From Nitrosopumilaceae archaeon (GTDB lineage: Archaea; Thermoproteota; Nitrososphaeria; Nitrososphaerales; Nitrosopumilaceae), in contig OZ242274.1 in the NCBI GenBank assembly GCA_965207375.1, forward strand, positions 512,001 through 576,000: DNA of 64,000 nucleotides, in the 5' to 3' direction. The translations under genes were made by a program, and so were the position numbers. Under the pieces are notes generated by a model. The model worked only from the letters and a program-made list of their open reading frames with translations, did not search any database and was not told where the DNA came from. The stretch's first letter is position 1, and the number at the start of each line of letters is the position of its first letter. Positions 30,108-40,788 of the stretch are shown in pieces.

Positions 30108-30824
30108 CTAATCTTCCCACTGCCATCTATAATTCATGTATGAATCCAATTCGGTCTGATCAAAAACCATTACTGATAACGGGGAAAATTCCATTCCCTC
30201 TAGTTGTTTCACTACGCCTTCAAAATGAGTCTCCTCATCTGTTGTGATTGATTCAAAGACGTGTACCTTCAATACAGAGGTATCAATTCCACGATTTCTC
30301 AAATAAAGAGCTATTTCAGAGGGCATAAAGTGCTTGTCTGGCATTTTTGGCCAGGGTCTAGGCAATAACACCACACTGTATCTGTCAATTAGGGCCTTTA
30401 ACAATTCTAATTTTTTTTCCTCAATGGAGGATGTAACATGAAGTGTGATTACCTTGGATTTATCAAGCGGCACACTGCATCTTGCCAAAGCCTCCTGAAC
30501 TGAGCTTATACCCGGAATTATTGTCACATTACCAAAAATTTCAATTAACCTATCGACTACTTCTGATTCTGAAAAATTTACATCACCTGTAAAGGGAACA
30601 ACTAGTGTTTTATCACCTAGTCTGGATAAAACCTCCTGATACGTTTTTTCCTGATCGGTCATCGTAATTGTGTGGACCTCCTTGCCTGCCAACAGATGCT
30701 CTATGGTTTTCAATGTGTATTGATAGCCTATTACTATATCGCAATTACAAACAAGCTCTTCTGCTATTTTTGTTACATATTTTGGAGAACCCGGACCCAC
30801 TCCAACAGCGTAGACTTTGGCCAA
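30108..30824 (-). CDS. cbiE: Precorrin-6Y C5,15-methyltransferase subunit CbiE-like
   Basis: VYAVGVGPGS, TGD and IIPGISSVQ tetrapyrrole methylase motifs. Confidence 0.8.
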   Translation of the reverse strand: MAKVYAVGVGPGSPKYVTKIAEELVCNCDIVIGYQYTLKTIEHLLAGKEVHTITMTDQEKTYQEVLSRLGDKTLVVPFTGDVNFSESEVVDRLIEIFGNVTIIPGISSVQEALARCSVPLDKSKVITLHVTSSIEEKKLELLKALIDRYSVVLLPRPWPKMPDKHFMPSEIALYLRNRGIDTSVLKVHVFESITTDEETHFEGVVKQLEGMEFSPLSVMVFDQTELDSYMNYRWQWED

Positions 30825-30825
30825 T

Positions 30826-31317
30826 CTATCTTGTGATACTTTGTCTATCCTTAATGTATTTAACAAACGGCTCCCAATCCACCTTCATGTATTTGGTAGG
30901 AGATTTTGCAGGATATTTGACCCAGTCCTGTACTATTGAATACTGATGCTTTTCAGATCCATCGTCTTTTTGGTACTCTATAAACAAAACACTTCCCCAC
31001 GGTTTTTCGTCATATTTTATATCTGTAATCTCATCAAATGACAAAATCACGTTTTTGCCATTTTGCATGTCTTCTTGTAATAGTTTTTCATCATAACCGT
31101 CATGAATATTCATTACATTTTTTGATCTAAGAAACATGACTGTCTGCCTTGCAACAATGGCCTGCCACCACTTCATTTTAGCATCTGTTTTATAAATAAA
31201 GGCCAGATGCTTGTTTGTCAGCACCAACATACCTTCCTTTCCATGTATTGACAAAAATTTCTTAGATTCCCTCCAGACAGAAACCACATGTGCCTGAATC
31301 CTTTCATCATAATCCAT
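30826..31317 (-). CDS. Hypothetical protein (PH-like fold possible)
   Basis: GMLVLTNKHLAF motif; 163-aa ORF. Confidence 0.65.
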   Translation of the reverse strand: MDYDERIQAHVVSVWRESKKFLSIHGKEGMLVLTNKHLAFIYKTDAKMKWWQAIVARQTVMFLRSKNVMNIHDGYDEKLLQEDMQNGKNVILSFDEITDIKYDEKPWGSVLFIEYQKDDGSEKHQYSIVQDWVKYPAKSPTKYMKVDWEPFVKYIKDRQSITR

Positions 31318-31392
31318 ATTTGAATATCAAAATTGCTCGTTAAAAACTAATATTGTTAGAGCTTTTTATTAAAGCTAAAAATCCACCATTAT

Positions 31393-32913
31393 ATGAGAAA
31401 TCTTCTGTTTGCCATTGTTGGCCTGATTTTCTTTGCAGGTTTAGCTACTGATGCGTTTGCCCAAAACGATGAGACCATAGTCATACTGCATACTGCATCT
31501 GGAGATATTGCAATTGAATTTTTCAATTCCGATGCGCCCAATCATGTGCAAAACTTTGTCCAATTAGCAGAAGATGGATTTTATGACGGCACACTATTTC
31601 ATAGAATAATTCCCGGATTCATGATTCAGGGCGGAGATCCGCTAACCAAGCAAGGCGAATCTACCATGGACATGTGGGGCACAGGCGGTCCAGACAAGAT
31701 GATATCTCAGGAATTCAACGACATAAAACACGTGCGAGGAATTGTTTCTATGGCAAGATCCAATGATCCAGACAGCGCAGGCTCTCAATTTTTTATTGTA
31801 CATGCTGATTCTACACATTTAGATGGTCAATATACTGCATTTGGCAGAATTATTACACAAGAAAGTTTTGAAACGCTAGACAAACTAGCAGCACTTGAAA
31901 CTTTGGGTACAGTTCCGTCAGATTGGTCACAGACCAAAATTTTATCTACCACTATTATGGAAAAATCCCAGCTTCCCGACACACTTGATTTAGAATCCCC
32001 TGCAAGATCAACAATTCCGATCTTATCAGATGATCAGCTGTATCAAAACCAAAGATTGGGAATCCAATTTTTGGCTCCTGCAGGATGGCAGATTCAGGAA
32101 CCTGAAAAAACAGACGAGCTTGTACCAGATGTTGTGGCAGTCACCAGTGGAAGAACAATCATCAATCCATCAATATCAGTAACCATATCTTATGCAAATG
32201 ATATGACACTGGAGCAGCGTGCAGACGACCGAAAGGATCTGATCCAGCCCGCAGTTGATGCAGGACAATTAGAAATTATTGGTGAAGAATTTGGCCAATT
32301 ATTTGACAGAGATACGTATACCATTAGAGCCATTGGCGTTTTCCAATCTGCCAATTTTTCAGAACAGGTACAATTCACTGAAATTACATTTTTAGAAAAT
32401 AAAAAATTCTATGCACTAACCTATACGACAGCAATTGCAGAACATGATAACTATCTTGGCCAGCTCCAAAATGCCCTAGAAAGTTTCACAGTTATTGATT
32501 CTGAATCTGTGCCAAAGCCCCCCTCTGAGATGACTGATACAGAAGATAACGGGTGTCTTATTGCAACTGCTGCATACGGCTCTGAAATGTCCCCACAGGT
32601 TCAATTTTTAAGAGAAATTCGTGATGATACAGTACTTCAAACCGAATCCGGTTCTGCATTCATGGACTCGTTTAATCAGTTTTATTATTCATTTTCTCCC
32701 ATAATTGCCGACTGGCAAAGGCAAAACCCCATGTTTAACGAGGCAGTAAGGCTTGCAATAACGCCGTTGATTAGCTCACTGGCAATCTTAAATCACGTTG
32801 AGATTAATTCAGAGTCTGCAATGATACAGTATGGAGTTGGAATTATAATGCTAAATATAGGAATGTATTTTGCAGGACCTGCAATAGTTGTGTACAGAAT
32901 ATTTAGAAAATAA
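31393..32913 (+). CDS. Exported cyclophilin with PsbP-like domain and CFI-box-CTERM anchor
   Basis: Signal peptide; cyclophilin motifs; GIQFLAPAGWQ; GCLIATAAYGSEMSPQVQFLREIRD and C-terminal TM helix. Confidence 0.92.
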   Translation: MRNLLFAIVGLIFFAGLATDAFAQNDETIVILHTASGDIAIEFFNSDAPNHVQNFVQLAEDGFYDGTLFHRIIPGFMIQGGDPLTKQGESTMDMWGTGGPDKMISQEFNDIKHVRGIVSMARSNDPDSAGSQFFIVHADSTHLDGQYTAFGRIITQESFETLDKLAALETLGTVPSDWSQTKILSTTIMEKSQLPDTLDLESPARSTIPILSDDQLYQNQRLGIQFLAPAGWQIQEPEKTDELVPDVVAVTSGRTIINPSISVTISYANDMTLEQRADDRKDLIQPAVDAGQLEIIGEEFGQLFDRDTYTIRAIGVFQSANFSEQVQFTEITFLENKKFYALTYTTAIAEHDNYLGQLQNALESFTVIDSESVPKPPSEMTDTEDNGCLIATAAYGSEMSPQVQFLREIRDDTVLQTESGSAFMDSFNQFYYSFSPIIADWQRQNPMFNEAVRLAITPLISSLAILNHVEINSESAMIQYGVGIIMLNIGMYFAGPAIVVYRIFRK

Positions 32914-34257
32914 TCACCATACGTCGTCTACCTCATCTAGAACTTTGTATTCTTTTTCAGGTTCACGTCTCATAAATTTTAATCTGGAAATATCCCTGTC
33001 AAAGAATCCATCAACCACCCAATCTAGCAACACTCTGAACCGTTTGTTCCATGTCGGAATCTTAGACAGATACACATTTCTCCAGAGAATCCAGGCAAGC
33101 AGACCATGTACATTGATGCCTAAAAACAGTGCAATTCCTGTCCTTTTTCCAATTATGGCCATTTGACCCTTTGATCTGTATTCGAATTTTATTTTTTCCT
33201 CATTTTTTATCATTGCTTTTAGATTATACGCTGCAACCTTTGCCTGGGCTTCTGCCACCTGTGCTGTTGGCGGCAAAGGCCTTTTTGTTTTGGGATCTAA
33301 AAAGAGCGCACAATCACCAATGGCAAAAACACCCGGAAAATCCTGTACCTCCAAATTCTCATCAACAATTATTTTTCCTTTCTCTGTTTTGAATAATGAA
33401 CGCCTGATAGTATTGACAGGTGTTACCCCTGCAGTCCATATTACCGTACGAGTCTGTATTGAGGTCATTTGCGAATCCACATCTAATTTAGGATCCAGTT
33501 TTTTAACCGTCACCTCAACACCATTAAAGCTTGTCACTGCCGTTTGCAGCATGATCTTTATTCCCCGCTCAATTAGTTTCTTTTGTGCAAATACGGTCAG
33601 GTCTTTGGCAAACCCAGGCAAGATTCCAGAAAGGGCCTCTAAAATTGTCACCTCAATATCATCTACAGAAATATTTTTGTAATATTTTGTAACATCAAGC
33701 AACAAATCCAAAATCTCCCCTGCAGTCTCAACGCCTGCAAATCCGCCGCCCACTACAACAAAGGTGAGCAAGCTTTTCTTCAAAATCGGATCAGTTTCAT
33801 TTTCTGCCTGCTCTAACATGTCAATCATCCGGTTTCTTACTAGAACTGCATCATTGAGGGTCTTCATCTGGTATGCATTTTTCTCAAGATCGTTCATACC
33901 AAAAAAATTGGTTTTACTTCCTAATCCAACAATTAGATAATCATAGTGCAAAGAAATCCCACGTTTGTCACCGCTTCCCCAAAGATTTACAATCTTCCCA
34001 TATGGATCTATGTTTTTTACCCGTCCTTCATAAAAGAGCGCCTTTTTGATAATTGTTCGAAGTGGCATGACAATATGTCTAGTCTCAATCATGCCTGATG
34101 CCACCTGCGGCAACATTGGAGTAAACAACAGGAAATTATCCTCGCTTACAAGCACAATCTCAACATCTGCATAATTTTTGAAATATCTTTCTAATTTTCT
34201 AATGCATTCGACGCCTGCAAACCCGCCGCCCACTACAACAATACGTTTCTTTTTCAT
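32914..34257 (-). CDS. Type II NADH dehydrogenase-like FAD oxidoreductase
   Basis: Two GGGFAG motifs; FTPML, WTAGV, FAIGD and PTAQVA motifs. Confidence 0.9.
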   Translation of the reverse strand: MKKKRIVVVGGGFAGVECIRKLERYFKNYADVEIVLVSEDNFLLFTPMLPQVASGMIETRHIVMPLRTIIKKALFYEGRVKNIDPYGKIVNLWGSGDKRGISLHYDYLIVGLGSKTNFFGMNDLEKNAYQMKTLNDAVLVRNRMIDMLEQAENETDPILKKSLLTFVVVGGGFAGVETAGEILDLLLDVTKYYKNISVDDIEVTILEALSGILPGFAKDLTVFAQKKLIERGIKIMLQTAVTSFNGVEVTVKKLDPKLDVDSQMTSIQTRTVIWTAGVTPVNTIRRSLFKTEKGKIIVDENLEVQDFPGVFAIGDCALFLDPKTKRPLPPTAQVAEAQAKVAAYNLKAMIKNEEKIKFEYRSKGQMAIIGKRTGIALFLGINVHGLLAWILWRNVYLSKIPTWNKRFRVLLDWVVDGFFDRDISRLKFMRREPEKEYKVLDEVDDVW

Positions 34258-34314
34258 CTAATATCAGATTCAAGTTTATAGTACAAAATATGTTTATTCA
34301 AGCAATTGTAGGAT

Positions 34315-34980
34315 TTACCTTCTAGTTATTTCACTTCGTAAGATTTCGTATGCTCTAGACGCATCCTTTTCATTTAATATTATAACAATGCTCTCTTGAC
34401 TGAAATACGCATTTACAAGCTCAATTCCATTACCGTGCAGCACCTCTGCAACATAAGAGACCACATCTGAATGATTCTCATGCAAAGGGATCAATATCTT
34501 GATTTTGGCCAATCCTGTACTGAATCTATCTCCTCTTTTGGGAAATGAATCAAAAAGCCGCCTTACTGAATCCATATCTTCTGTCAAAACCCTAAATGTG
34601 TCAGCTAGTCTAAAAAACTCGTAATCTGATGTTATCTCTGAAAACTTGTCTAATAATGCATGAGTTTCTGCGGCATTCATATCATTTGAAGAAAATCGTA
34701 TATCCATGATTCCGTCCGTCAATGACAGCCTGGCATTTTTAAGAACAGATTCTTCTCCAATATCCTCTTTTTTATCAAAGGAATCTGCGTATCGCTTTAT
34801 TGCAACAACTATTGTATTGAGATTTACCGCGTTTCCAATCTGTCGCTCAACCTCTGACTGCAGTTTTACAGCCAATGCGGTATAGTTTATCACATCCATC
34901 TTCATACAGTCGTAAATTGAACGGTTTCGTGTGATTAGATCCCTTACTATCTCTGGCACAGATACGCCTACGGTTCTCAT
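34315..34980 (-). CDS. ACT-domain-containing regulator-like protein
   Basis: INYTALA..TIVVAIKRY N-terminus and C-terminal ACT-like segment. Confidence 0.75.
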   Translation of the reverse strand: MRTVGVSVPEIVRDLITRNRSIYDCMKMDVINYTALAVKLQSEVERQIGNAVNLNTIVVAIKRYADSFDKKEDIGEESVLKNARLSLTDGIMDIRFSSNDMNAAETHALLDKFSEITSDYEFFRLADTFRVLTEDMDSVRRLFDSFPKRGDRFSTGLAKIKILIPLHENHSDVVSYVAEVLHGNGIELVNAYFSQESIVIILNEKDASRAYEILRSEITRR

Positions 34981-35077
34981 AGGCATTATAAGCATGTCAG
35001 TTATAATAGCCTTATGTAATTTATTTATCTAATTATCCATAATACTTATATTATGTCATGTATATTACATAACTTAG

Positions 35078-35575
35078 GTGAATGTGACAATGTTCTTCGA
35101 CGATGAATTCGACAATCTCTTTGCAAAAATGTCAAGATCAGTTAATCTTGAAAATGTCCTGCAAGAGTTTGAAGGTGCAGGAACCTGTGGGCCATTTTAT
35201 TATGGTTGTACAATGACTGTTGGCCCAGACGGAAAACCTGTCGTACAAGAATATGGAAATCTCAAATCAGAGACTGTTCCATCTTCTAAGGGACGTGAGC
35301 CTCTAGTTGACACAATTGTCAATGAAAAAGACAATGCAATAAAACTAGTAGCTGAAATGCCTGGTGTTGAAAAAAACGACATCAAAGTTGTACTAGAAAA
35401 ACAATCTGTTGATATTTCAGCACAACGCGGCGAAAAAAAATACAATGTCAGGGTTCCTATTCACTGTAACGTGAATAAAGATTCTGCAAAGGCCTCTTAC
35501 AAAAACGGAGTTTTGGAGGTCTCCTTTAAAAGAATTAAGGCAAAACCTACTGGCAAGATACTGGAGGTAAACTAA
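35078..35575 (+). CDS. Archaeal small heat shock protein Hsp20
   Basis: TVGPDGKPVVQEYGN, EPLVD, AEMPGVEK and ASYKNGVLEV motifs. Confidence 0.95.
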   Translation: MNVTMFFDDEFDNLFAKMSRSVNLENVLQEFEGAGTCGPFYYGCTMTVGPDGKPVVQEYGNLKSETVPSSKGREPLVDTIVNEKDNAIKLVAEMPGVEKNDIKVVLEKQSVDISAQRGEKKYNVRVPIHCNVNKDSAKASYKNGVLEVSFKRIKAKPTGKILEVN

Positions 35576-35602
35576 TCCTCCCATTTTTTTGGTGATGATA
35601 AC

Positions 35603-37744
35603 ATGAATCAAATAGTATTAAAAATCGCAGAAATTTCACAACGACACGTTGGCAAGGGACTAGCCATAGTTGATCCTAAGATTATACGTGACAATAATTG
35701 GTCTAGCGGTCAAATCATAGAATTGACCCATAATAAAAAATCCCATGTCAAACTATGGCCGGGTCCAGACTCTGAGTATGGAAGCAATCTAGTCAAAATT
35801 GACGGTATCACCAGACAAAACATTGGTGCAGGTATAGGCGACAAGGTTTCAATTAAACCAATTGAGGCTGCCGCCGCTCAACAAATTACGCTCTCTCCAA
35901 TAGAAAAAATTCATGCTCAAGGATTGCAACAATACATGATCCAAAACTATCTTAATCATGTATTTACTATAGGAGATACGATTTTACTCAATACCCAAAT
36001 GGGAGGAAAAACACAGTTTGTTATTACAAGTACAGATCCTGCAAAACCCGTCATTGTAACTGAAAATACCAACTTTAAGCTAGGCTCTCTAACAAAAGCA
36101 GTGGATGCATCCATTCCTAGAGTGACTTATGATGATCTTGGTGGATTGAAAAGCGAGGTGCAAAAAATCCGTGAAATGATAGAGCTGCCAATGCGTCATC
36201 CCGAAATATTTGAAAAAATAGGTGTGGATGCACCAAAGGGAGTTTTGCTGTATGGTCCACCTGGTACCGGCAAGACGCTTCTTGCAAAGGCAGTAGCAGG
36301 AGAAACAAATGCAAATTTTACCTCACTAAGCGGTCCTGAAATAATGGGAAAATATTATGGGGAAAGCGAAGAACGCATCAGGGACATTTTCAAACAGGCA
36401 GAGCAAAATGCTCCTAGCATAATTTTCATTGATGAGATAGATTCCATTGCCCCAAAACGCGATGAGGTTACAGGCGATGTTGAAAAACGAATTGTTTCAC
36501 AACTGCTTACCCTTATGGATGGAATAAAAACACGTGGTAAGGTTGTAGTTATAGCTGCCACAAACAGACCAGACTCTATAGATCCTGCATTAAGGCGGCC
36601 AGGTAGATTTGATAGAGAGATTGAAATTGGAATTCCTGATCAACAGAGCCGACAAGACATTCTTGGCATACACACACGTGGCATGCCAATTGATGATACA
36701 GTAGATGTGAGTAAAATTGCAAAAATGACTCATGGTTTTGTAGGCGCTGATCTAGAGGTACTCTCAAAGGAGGCAGCCATGAGGTCTTTGAGACGCCTCT
36801 TGCCAGAAATTGATTTGGATCAGAATAAAATTCCTCCACAAATTCTGCAAAAAATCAAGATTTCAAGTAATGATTTTAACAATGCGCTAAGAGAGGTAAG
36901 ACCGTCTACATTACGAGAGGTACTTGTACAAACCCCAAATGTAACTTGGGATGACGTCGGCGGATTGGATTCACTAAAAGCAGAACTAAAAGAATCAATC
37001 GAGTGGCCACTCAAACATAAGGAGGCATTTGATTATGCAGGAGTTCGCACACCAAAAGGAATTCTATTGCACGGCCCGCCTGGAACCGGCAAAACTTTGA
37101 TAGCAAAGGCAGTAGCTAAAATGTCTGATTCAAATTTCATCAGTATAAAGGGTCCTGAATTGTTATCAAAATGGGTGGGAGAGTCTGAAAAGGGAGTCAG
37201 AGAGATATTCCGCAAAGCCAGGCAGGCAGCCCCATGTATAATATTTTTTGATGAAATCGACTCGCTTGTTCCCAAACGAGGTAGCAACGGTTCTGCCTCC
37301 GGTGTGACAGAGAATATGGTATCTCAAATTCTCACCGAAATTGACGGTCTAGAGGAACTGCAAGATGTTATGATTATTGGGGCTACAAACCGCCTTGACA
37401 TTTTAGATCCCGCACTGTTAAGACCAGGCAGATTTGATAGAATTATTGAGATTCCAAAACCTGACAAAGATGGCAGGTATCACATTTTCAAAATTCATAC
37501 AAAGACAAAACCGCTAGATGCAGACATTGATCTGTCCAAGTTAGCAGATGCCACTATAGGATTAAGTGGAGCCGAGATTGAGTCAGTTACAAACAGGGCA
37601 GCACTAACGGCTCTCAAACGACACATTAATGGAAAATCCCAAAATATCAGACAGATCAAAATCACACAGGATGATCTGTTACAATCCATCAAACAGGTGA
37701 CTCTCAAAGAAGAGCTTTTAACCCCTAACATAAAACAAAATTAG
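35603..37744 (+). CDS. CDC48/VAT-family AAA+ ATPase
   Basis: N domain plus two AAA modules ([19 protein letters not shown]). Confidence 0.97.
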   Translation: MNQIVLKIAEISQRHVGKGLAIVDPKIIRDNNWSSGQIIELTHNKKSHVKLWPGPDSEYGSNLVKIDGITRQNIGAGIGDKVSIKPIEAAAAQQITLSPIEKIHAQGLQQYMIQNYLNHVFTIGDTILLNTQMGGKTQFVITSTDPAKPVIVTENTNFKLGSLTKAVDASIPRVTYDDLGGLKSEVQKIREMIELPMRHPEIFEKIGVDAPKGVLLYGPPGTGKTLLAKAVAGETNANFTSLSGPEIMGKYYGESEERIRDIFKQAEQNAPSIIFIDEIDSIAPKRDEVTGDVEKRIVSQLLTLMDGIKTRGKVVVIAATNRPDSIDPALRRPGRFDREIEIGIPDQQSRQDILGIHTRGMPIDDTVDVSKIAKMTHGFVGADLEVLSKEAAMRSLRRLLPEIDLDQNKIPPQILQKIKISSNDFNNALREVRPSTLREVLVQTPNVTWDDVGGLDSLKAELKESIEWPLKHKEAFDYAGVRTPKGILLHGPPGTGKTLIAKAVAKMSDSNFISIKGPELLSKWVGESEKGVREIFRKARQAAPCIIFFDEIDSLVPKRGSNGSASGVTENMVSQILTEIDGLEELQDVMIIGATNRLDILDPALLRPGRFDRIIEIPKPDKDGRYHIFKIHTKTKPLDADIDLSKLADATIGLSGAEIESVTNRAALTALKRHINGKSQNIRQIKITQDDLLQSIKQVTLKEELLTPNIKQN

Positions 37745-37753
37745 GTAAACAAC

Positions 37754-37972
37754 TTGAAACTCTACATTGATTTTGAACCCTGCGATGAATGCAAAACCAT
37801 GATGCAGGAACTGAGCAGTCTAGAGATGGCCCTTGCCAATGAATCCCTAAGGGCAGATGAATCTGCAAAATTTCTGCGCCATTTGACATATAATCACACA
37901 GAGGTGGTTCGTGGAGTTATGAAGGATCTTCCTAAACAAAAACGCAGTCAAGAGTATGATTTTTTCAAATAA
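37754..37972 (+). CDS. Small hypothetical protein
   Basis: CDEC and HLTYNH motifs; directly follows cdc48. Confidence 0.65.
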   Translation: MKLYIDFEPCDECKTMMQELSSLEMALANESLRADESAKFLRHLTYNHTEVVRGVMKDLPKQKRSQEYDFFK

Positions 37973-38404
37973 TACAGAAAATTAAAAGACAAAACACATT
38001 CCTGTACATTGTACTTAAAATTTCTGGCAATCACAGTATCTATGTGGTAACATGTCCCCTCCCTCTTGGAATTTTCACTTGGTTAGGCATGAAAAATCAC
38101 ATGAACAAACCTTATGACTCTACAAGATGTAGGTTGTCAAGGTGGGCATATACGGCAATGCCATGAGTTAGTCAAACAATTTATGTAAAATGAAGAATTT
38201 ACACAAACTTTATGCTTAAAGGATGGTATTGTGCACTTCTCATGATAATCACAAAATGAGAAGACAACAACACCAACAAACCATTGCAAATAATCTATTT
38301 AATCATACTGATGCCGCATCTGACCAGTAGCATTCGTTGATATCAGGGCTGCTAGACAAAATAGCACAACTTGAGGCAGACCAAAAGCACCAATCCATAA
38401 TGCG

Positions 38405-39952
38405 TAGTGATTTTAAAAAAGAATGGAACCCAAATTCCTGAAAAAGAGCCTGTCCCCCTATCTTGGACCAAATTTGAGCACAATGTGCCTGTTTAGTTGC
38501 ATTTTGGTCATATTTGGTAACGTATGGGATCAAAGAAATTAGAACTTGCGATACAAAAGATTGACGTGCCTAGAAGCAATTATGACAAAGCAACTAAAGG
38601 CACATCAAGATACACTTGATAATGCCATATTTAACTGCCCATGTTGGGAGGCCGATATTTTATGAAGCCATCCTCAGGGGTAAAGAGAGGAATAGAGTTT
38701 CTCAAAGACACAACTACATCTGAGATGGAACATCGTCTAAAGGCAGAGCACTCTGGCAAGTCACGTGAGCGACTACAGGCAGCACTGCTGCGTAGACAGG
38801 GCCAAGACCTAGAATCTATACGTAAAATCCTAGGACGAGGTAAGGGCAGCATCTCAAGATGGCTCAACAGGATGCAAAAAGAAGGACCCGATGCGATACT
38901 TGACGGTAAGAGTACAGGAAGACCCTGCAAGCTCTCAAAGGTGCAGCAGGAGGCAGTCAAGATATCTCTTGCCCAGGATCCAATGTGCAGCGGTTTTGAG
39001 CGCTCAAACTGGACTGCCAGACTGCTTGGAGTACACATTGAGAACAATTATGGTACACAATACAGTGCATCAGGAGCTCTTGCACTTGCGTATGGCATGG
39101 GCTATTCCATCCGGGTGCCTAGATCTGTACCATACAATACACCTGACAAGGAGACAATTGACAAATATGTAAAAAACACCATACAAGCAATTACGTCACA
39201 TGCATCTGCAGATTATGCCATATATTGTTTGGATGCTGCAGGATTTGCAGACTCGCCGTTTTCTGCTCGCGGGATTCGTCCCATAGGTGGACATGAAACT
39301 GTAAAGTCTAACTTTAAGACTGCTACCACAAAGGCAATAGGCGCACTCGGTCAAGACGGACTAGTCTTGGATTTTTATGACGACGTTGGATCTGATAGTG
39401 TCATAGATTTACTTGAACAGATACGTAAAAAACACGGCAGAGTCTTTGTAATATGTGATAATGCAAGTGGCCACAAATCCAAAAAGATCAAAGAGTATTT
39501 GGAAAAGGCATGCGGTGATGTTGTCCTGTGGTATCTTCCCCCGTACACTCCACAGCACAATCCAATAGAGATGATGTGGCGCGAGATCAAGCGGGCCATT
39601 GCAGGAAGATACTTTGGCAGCTTTGAAAAGATGCATGATACCATAAAGCAGCTAGTACAAAGCGGTGAGGTGGCAACTGTAAAGCTGTTCAAATACATGC
39701 TTGATGCAATAAATCAGGCCAAAAACGTCCTTCAGACATCTGTAATCTGAAAAACATATCAGGATTTCAAGGGTATTGTCTTTTCAGGGCAACCTAAGCT
39801 CAAAACTGTACCAATATGCCAAAACATGCCACAACATGTTTGATTTTATGGATTTGTCGTATATTCTGTCATGATTTTGTATTTTACTGTGACTGAAATC
39901 CAATAGCACAGGCCACAGTCAGAAAGCGTTCCATTCTTTTTTGCGATTACTA
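38405..39952 (+). mobile_element. IS630-family insertion sequence, apparently complete
   Basis: Imperfect TIRs TAGTGATTTTAAAAAAGAATGGAAC / GTTCCATTCTTTTTTGCGATTACTA enclosing the transposase. Confidence 0.85.
38641..39750 (+). CDS. IS630-family transposase
   Basis: HTH region (ISRWLNR, GRPCKLS, NWTARL) and DDE motifs CLDAA, CDNASGH, LPPYTPQHNPIEMMW. Confidence 0.93.
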   Translation: MLGGRYFMKPSSGVKRGIEFLKDTTTSEMEHRLKAEHSGKSRERLQAALLRRQGQDLESIRKILGRGKGSISRWLNRMQKEGPDAILDGKSTGRPCKLSKVQQEAVKISLAQDPMCSGFERSNWTARLLGVHIENNYGTQYSASGALALAYGMGYSIRVPRSVPYNTPDKETIDKYVKNTIQAITSHASADYAIYCLDAAGFADSPFSARGIRPIGGHETVKSNFKTATTKAIGALGQDGLVLDFYDDVGSDSVIDLLEQIRKKHGRVFVICDNASGHKSKKIKEYLEKACGDVVLWYLPPYTPQHNPIEMMWREIKRAIAGRYFGSFEKMHDTIKQLVQSGEVATVKLFKYMLDAINQAKNVLQTSVI

Positions 39953-40059
39953 TGCGTGATGATATAGACGCACTATACAAGAGAATTGATGCTAAAATTC
40001 AGACAGTATGGGAATGCTGCAATATGTTGCTTACAAAGAACATGTACACAACAGAGACA

Positions 40060-40126
40060 TGATTCGTAATTAGATCTGGGCACGGATTTTTGCTCCTGTT
40101 AGGTGTGGTTTTCTAATTACGAATCA
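40060..40126. repeat. 67-bp element with perfect 15-bp inverted repeat
   Basis: TGATTCGTAATTAGA (40060-40074) / TCTAATTACGAATCA (40112-40126). Confidence 0.75.
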
Positions 40127-40129
40127 CCT

Positions 40130-40755
40130 CTATGGTGCACAAAATGGTGTTCCAGGTATGTCGATTCCTTCCTGCAACAAGATTCCGTGTATCATGTTCT
40201 TAAAGCGAGTAGATTCTTGGACCATCTTGTGTCTGTATCTGACAAGCTGTTGCTTTTTTACAGTGTTTTCATCTGGTACATGGCATGCTGCAACATAATC
40301 TCCACGCAGGAGGTCTGCAAGTATTTGCGCATCTACCTTATCTGTCTTCTTTTTAGACTCTGCAATGAGCCTTGTTTTGTATGGGTTGGATAATGTTACG
40401 TCTAGTTTCAGCTTATCTGTGAGCATACGGTATATGCCGTACCATACAGATGATGATTCTAGTACGTATTTTGCATTCTTTGGCATTTTGGAAAACGCCT
40501 TTTTGATTGCAACCGGATTGCACTCTATCCTGCGGTTCTCATGCACCTTGCCGTCTTTATCCATTACTGCGACCTGCATGAATTTTTTGTGTAGATCTAT
40601 TCCGACAAAGTATTTGGGTTTGGTTTTGGGGGTGTTGTTTTGGCCTGTCTTAGATGTCTTTACCTTTGAATTTGTTTTTTTTGACAGACCTCACACTTTT
40701 TGGATTTTTTTTGCATAATCTGTTTGTTTGCTTTTTGGTAGCATTACCGGTACCA
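40130..40755 (-). pseudogene. IS110-family recombinase fragment (DEDD RuvC-like domain, C-terminus lost)
   Basis: YFVGIDLHKKFMQVAV, LESS, NP and KTDKVDAQILADLLR motifs; in-frame stop in a Lys-rich N-terminal extension; ends before the Tnp20 domain. Confidence 0.88.
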
Positions 40756-40788
40756 TCTAAACCAGAGTTTTTTCGGGGCACATATGGT

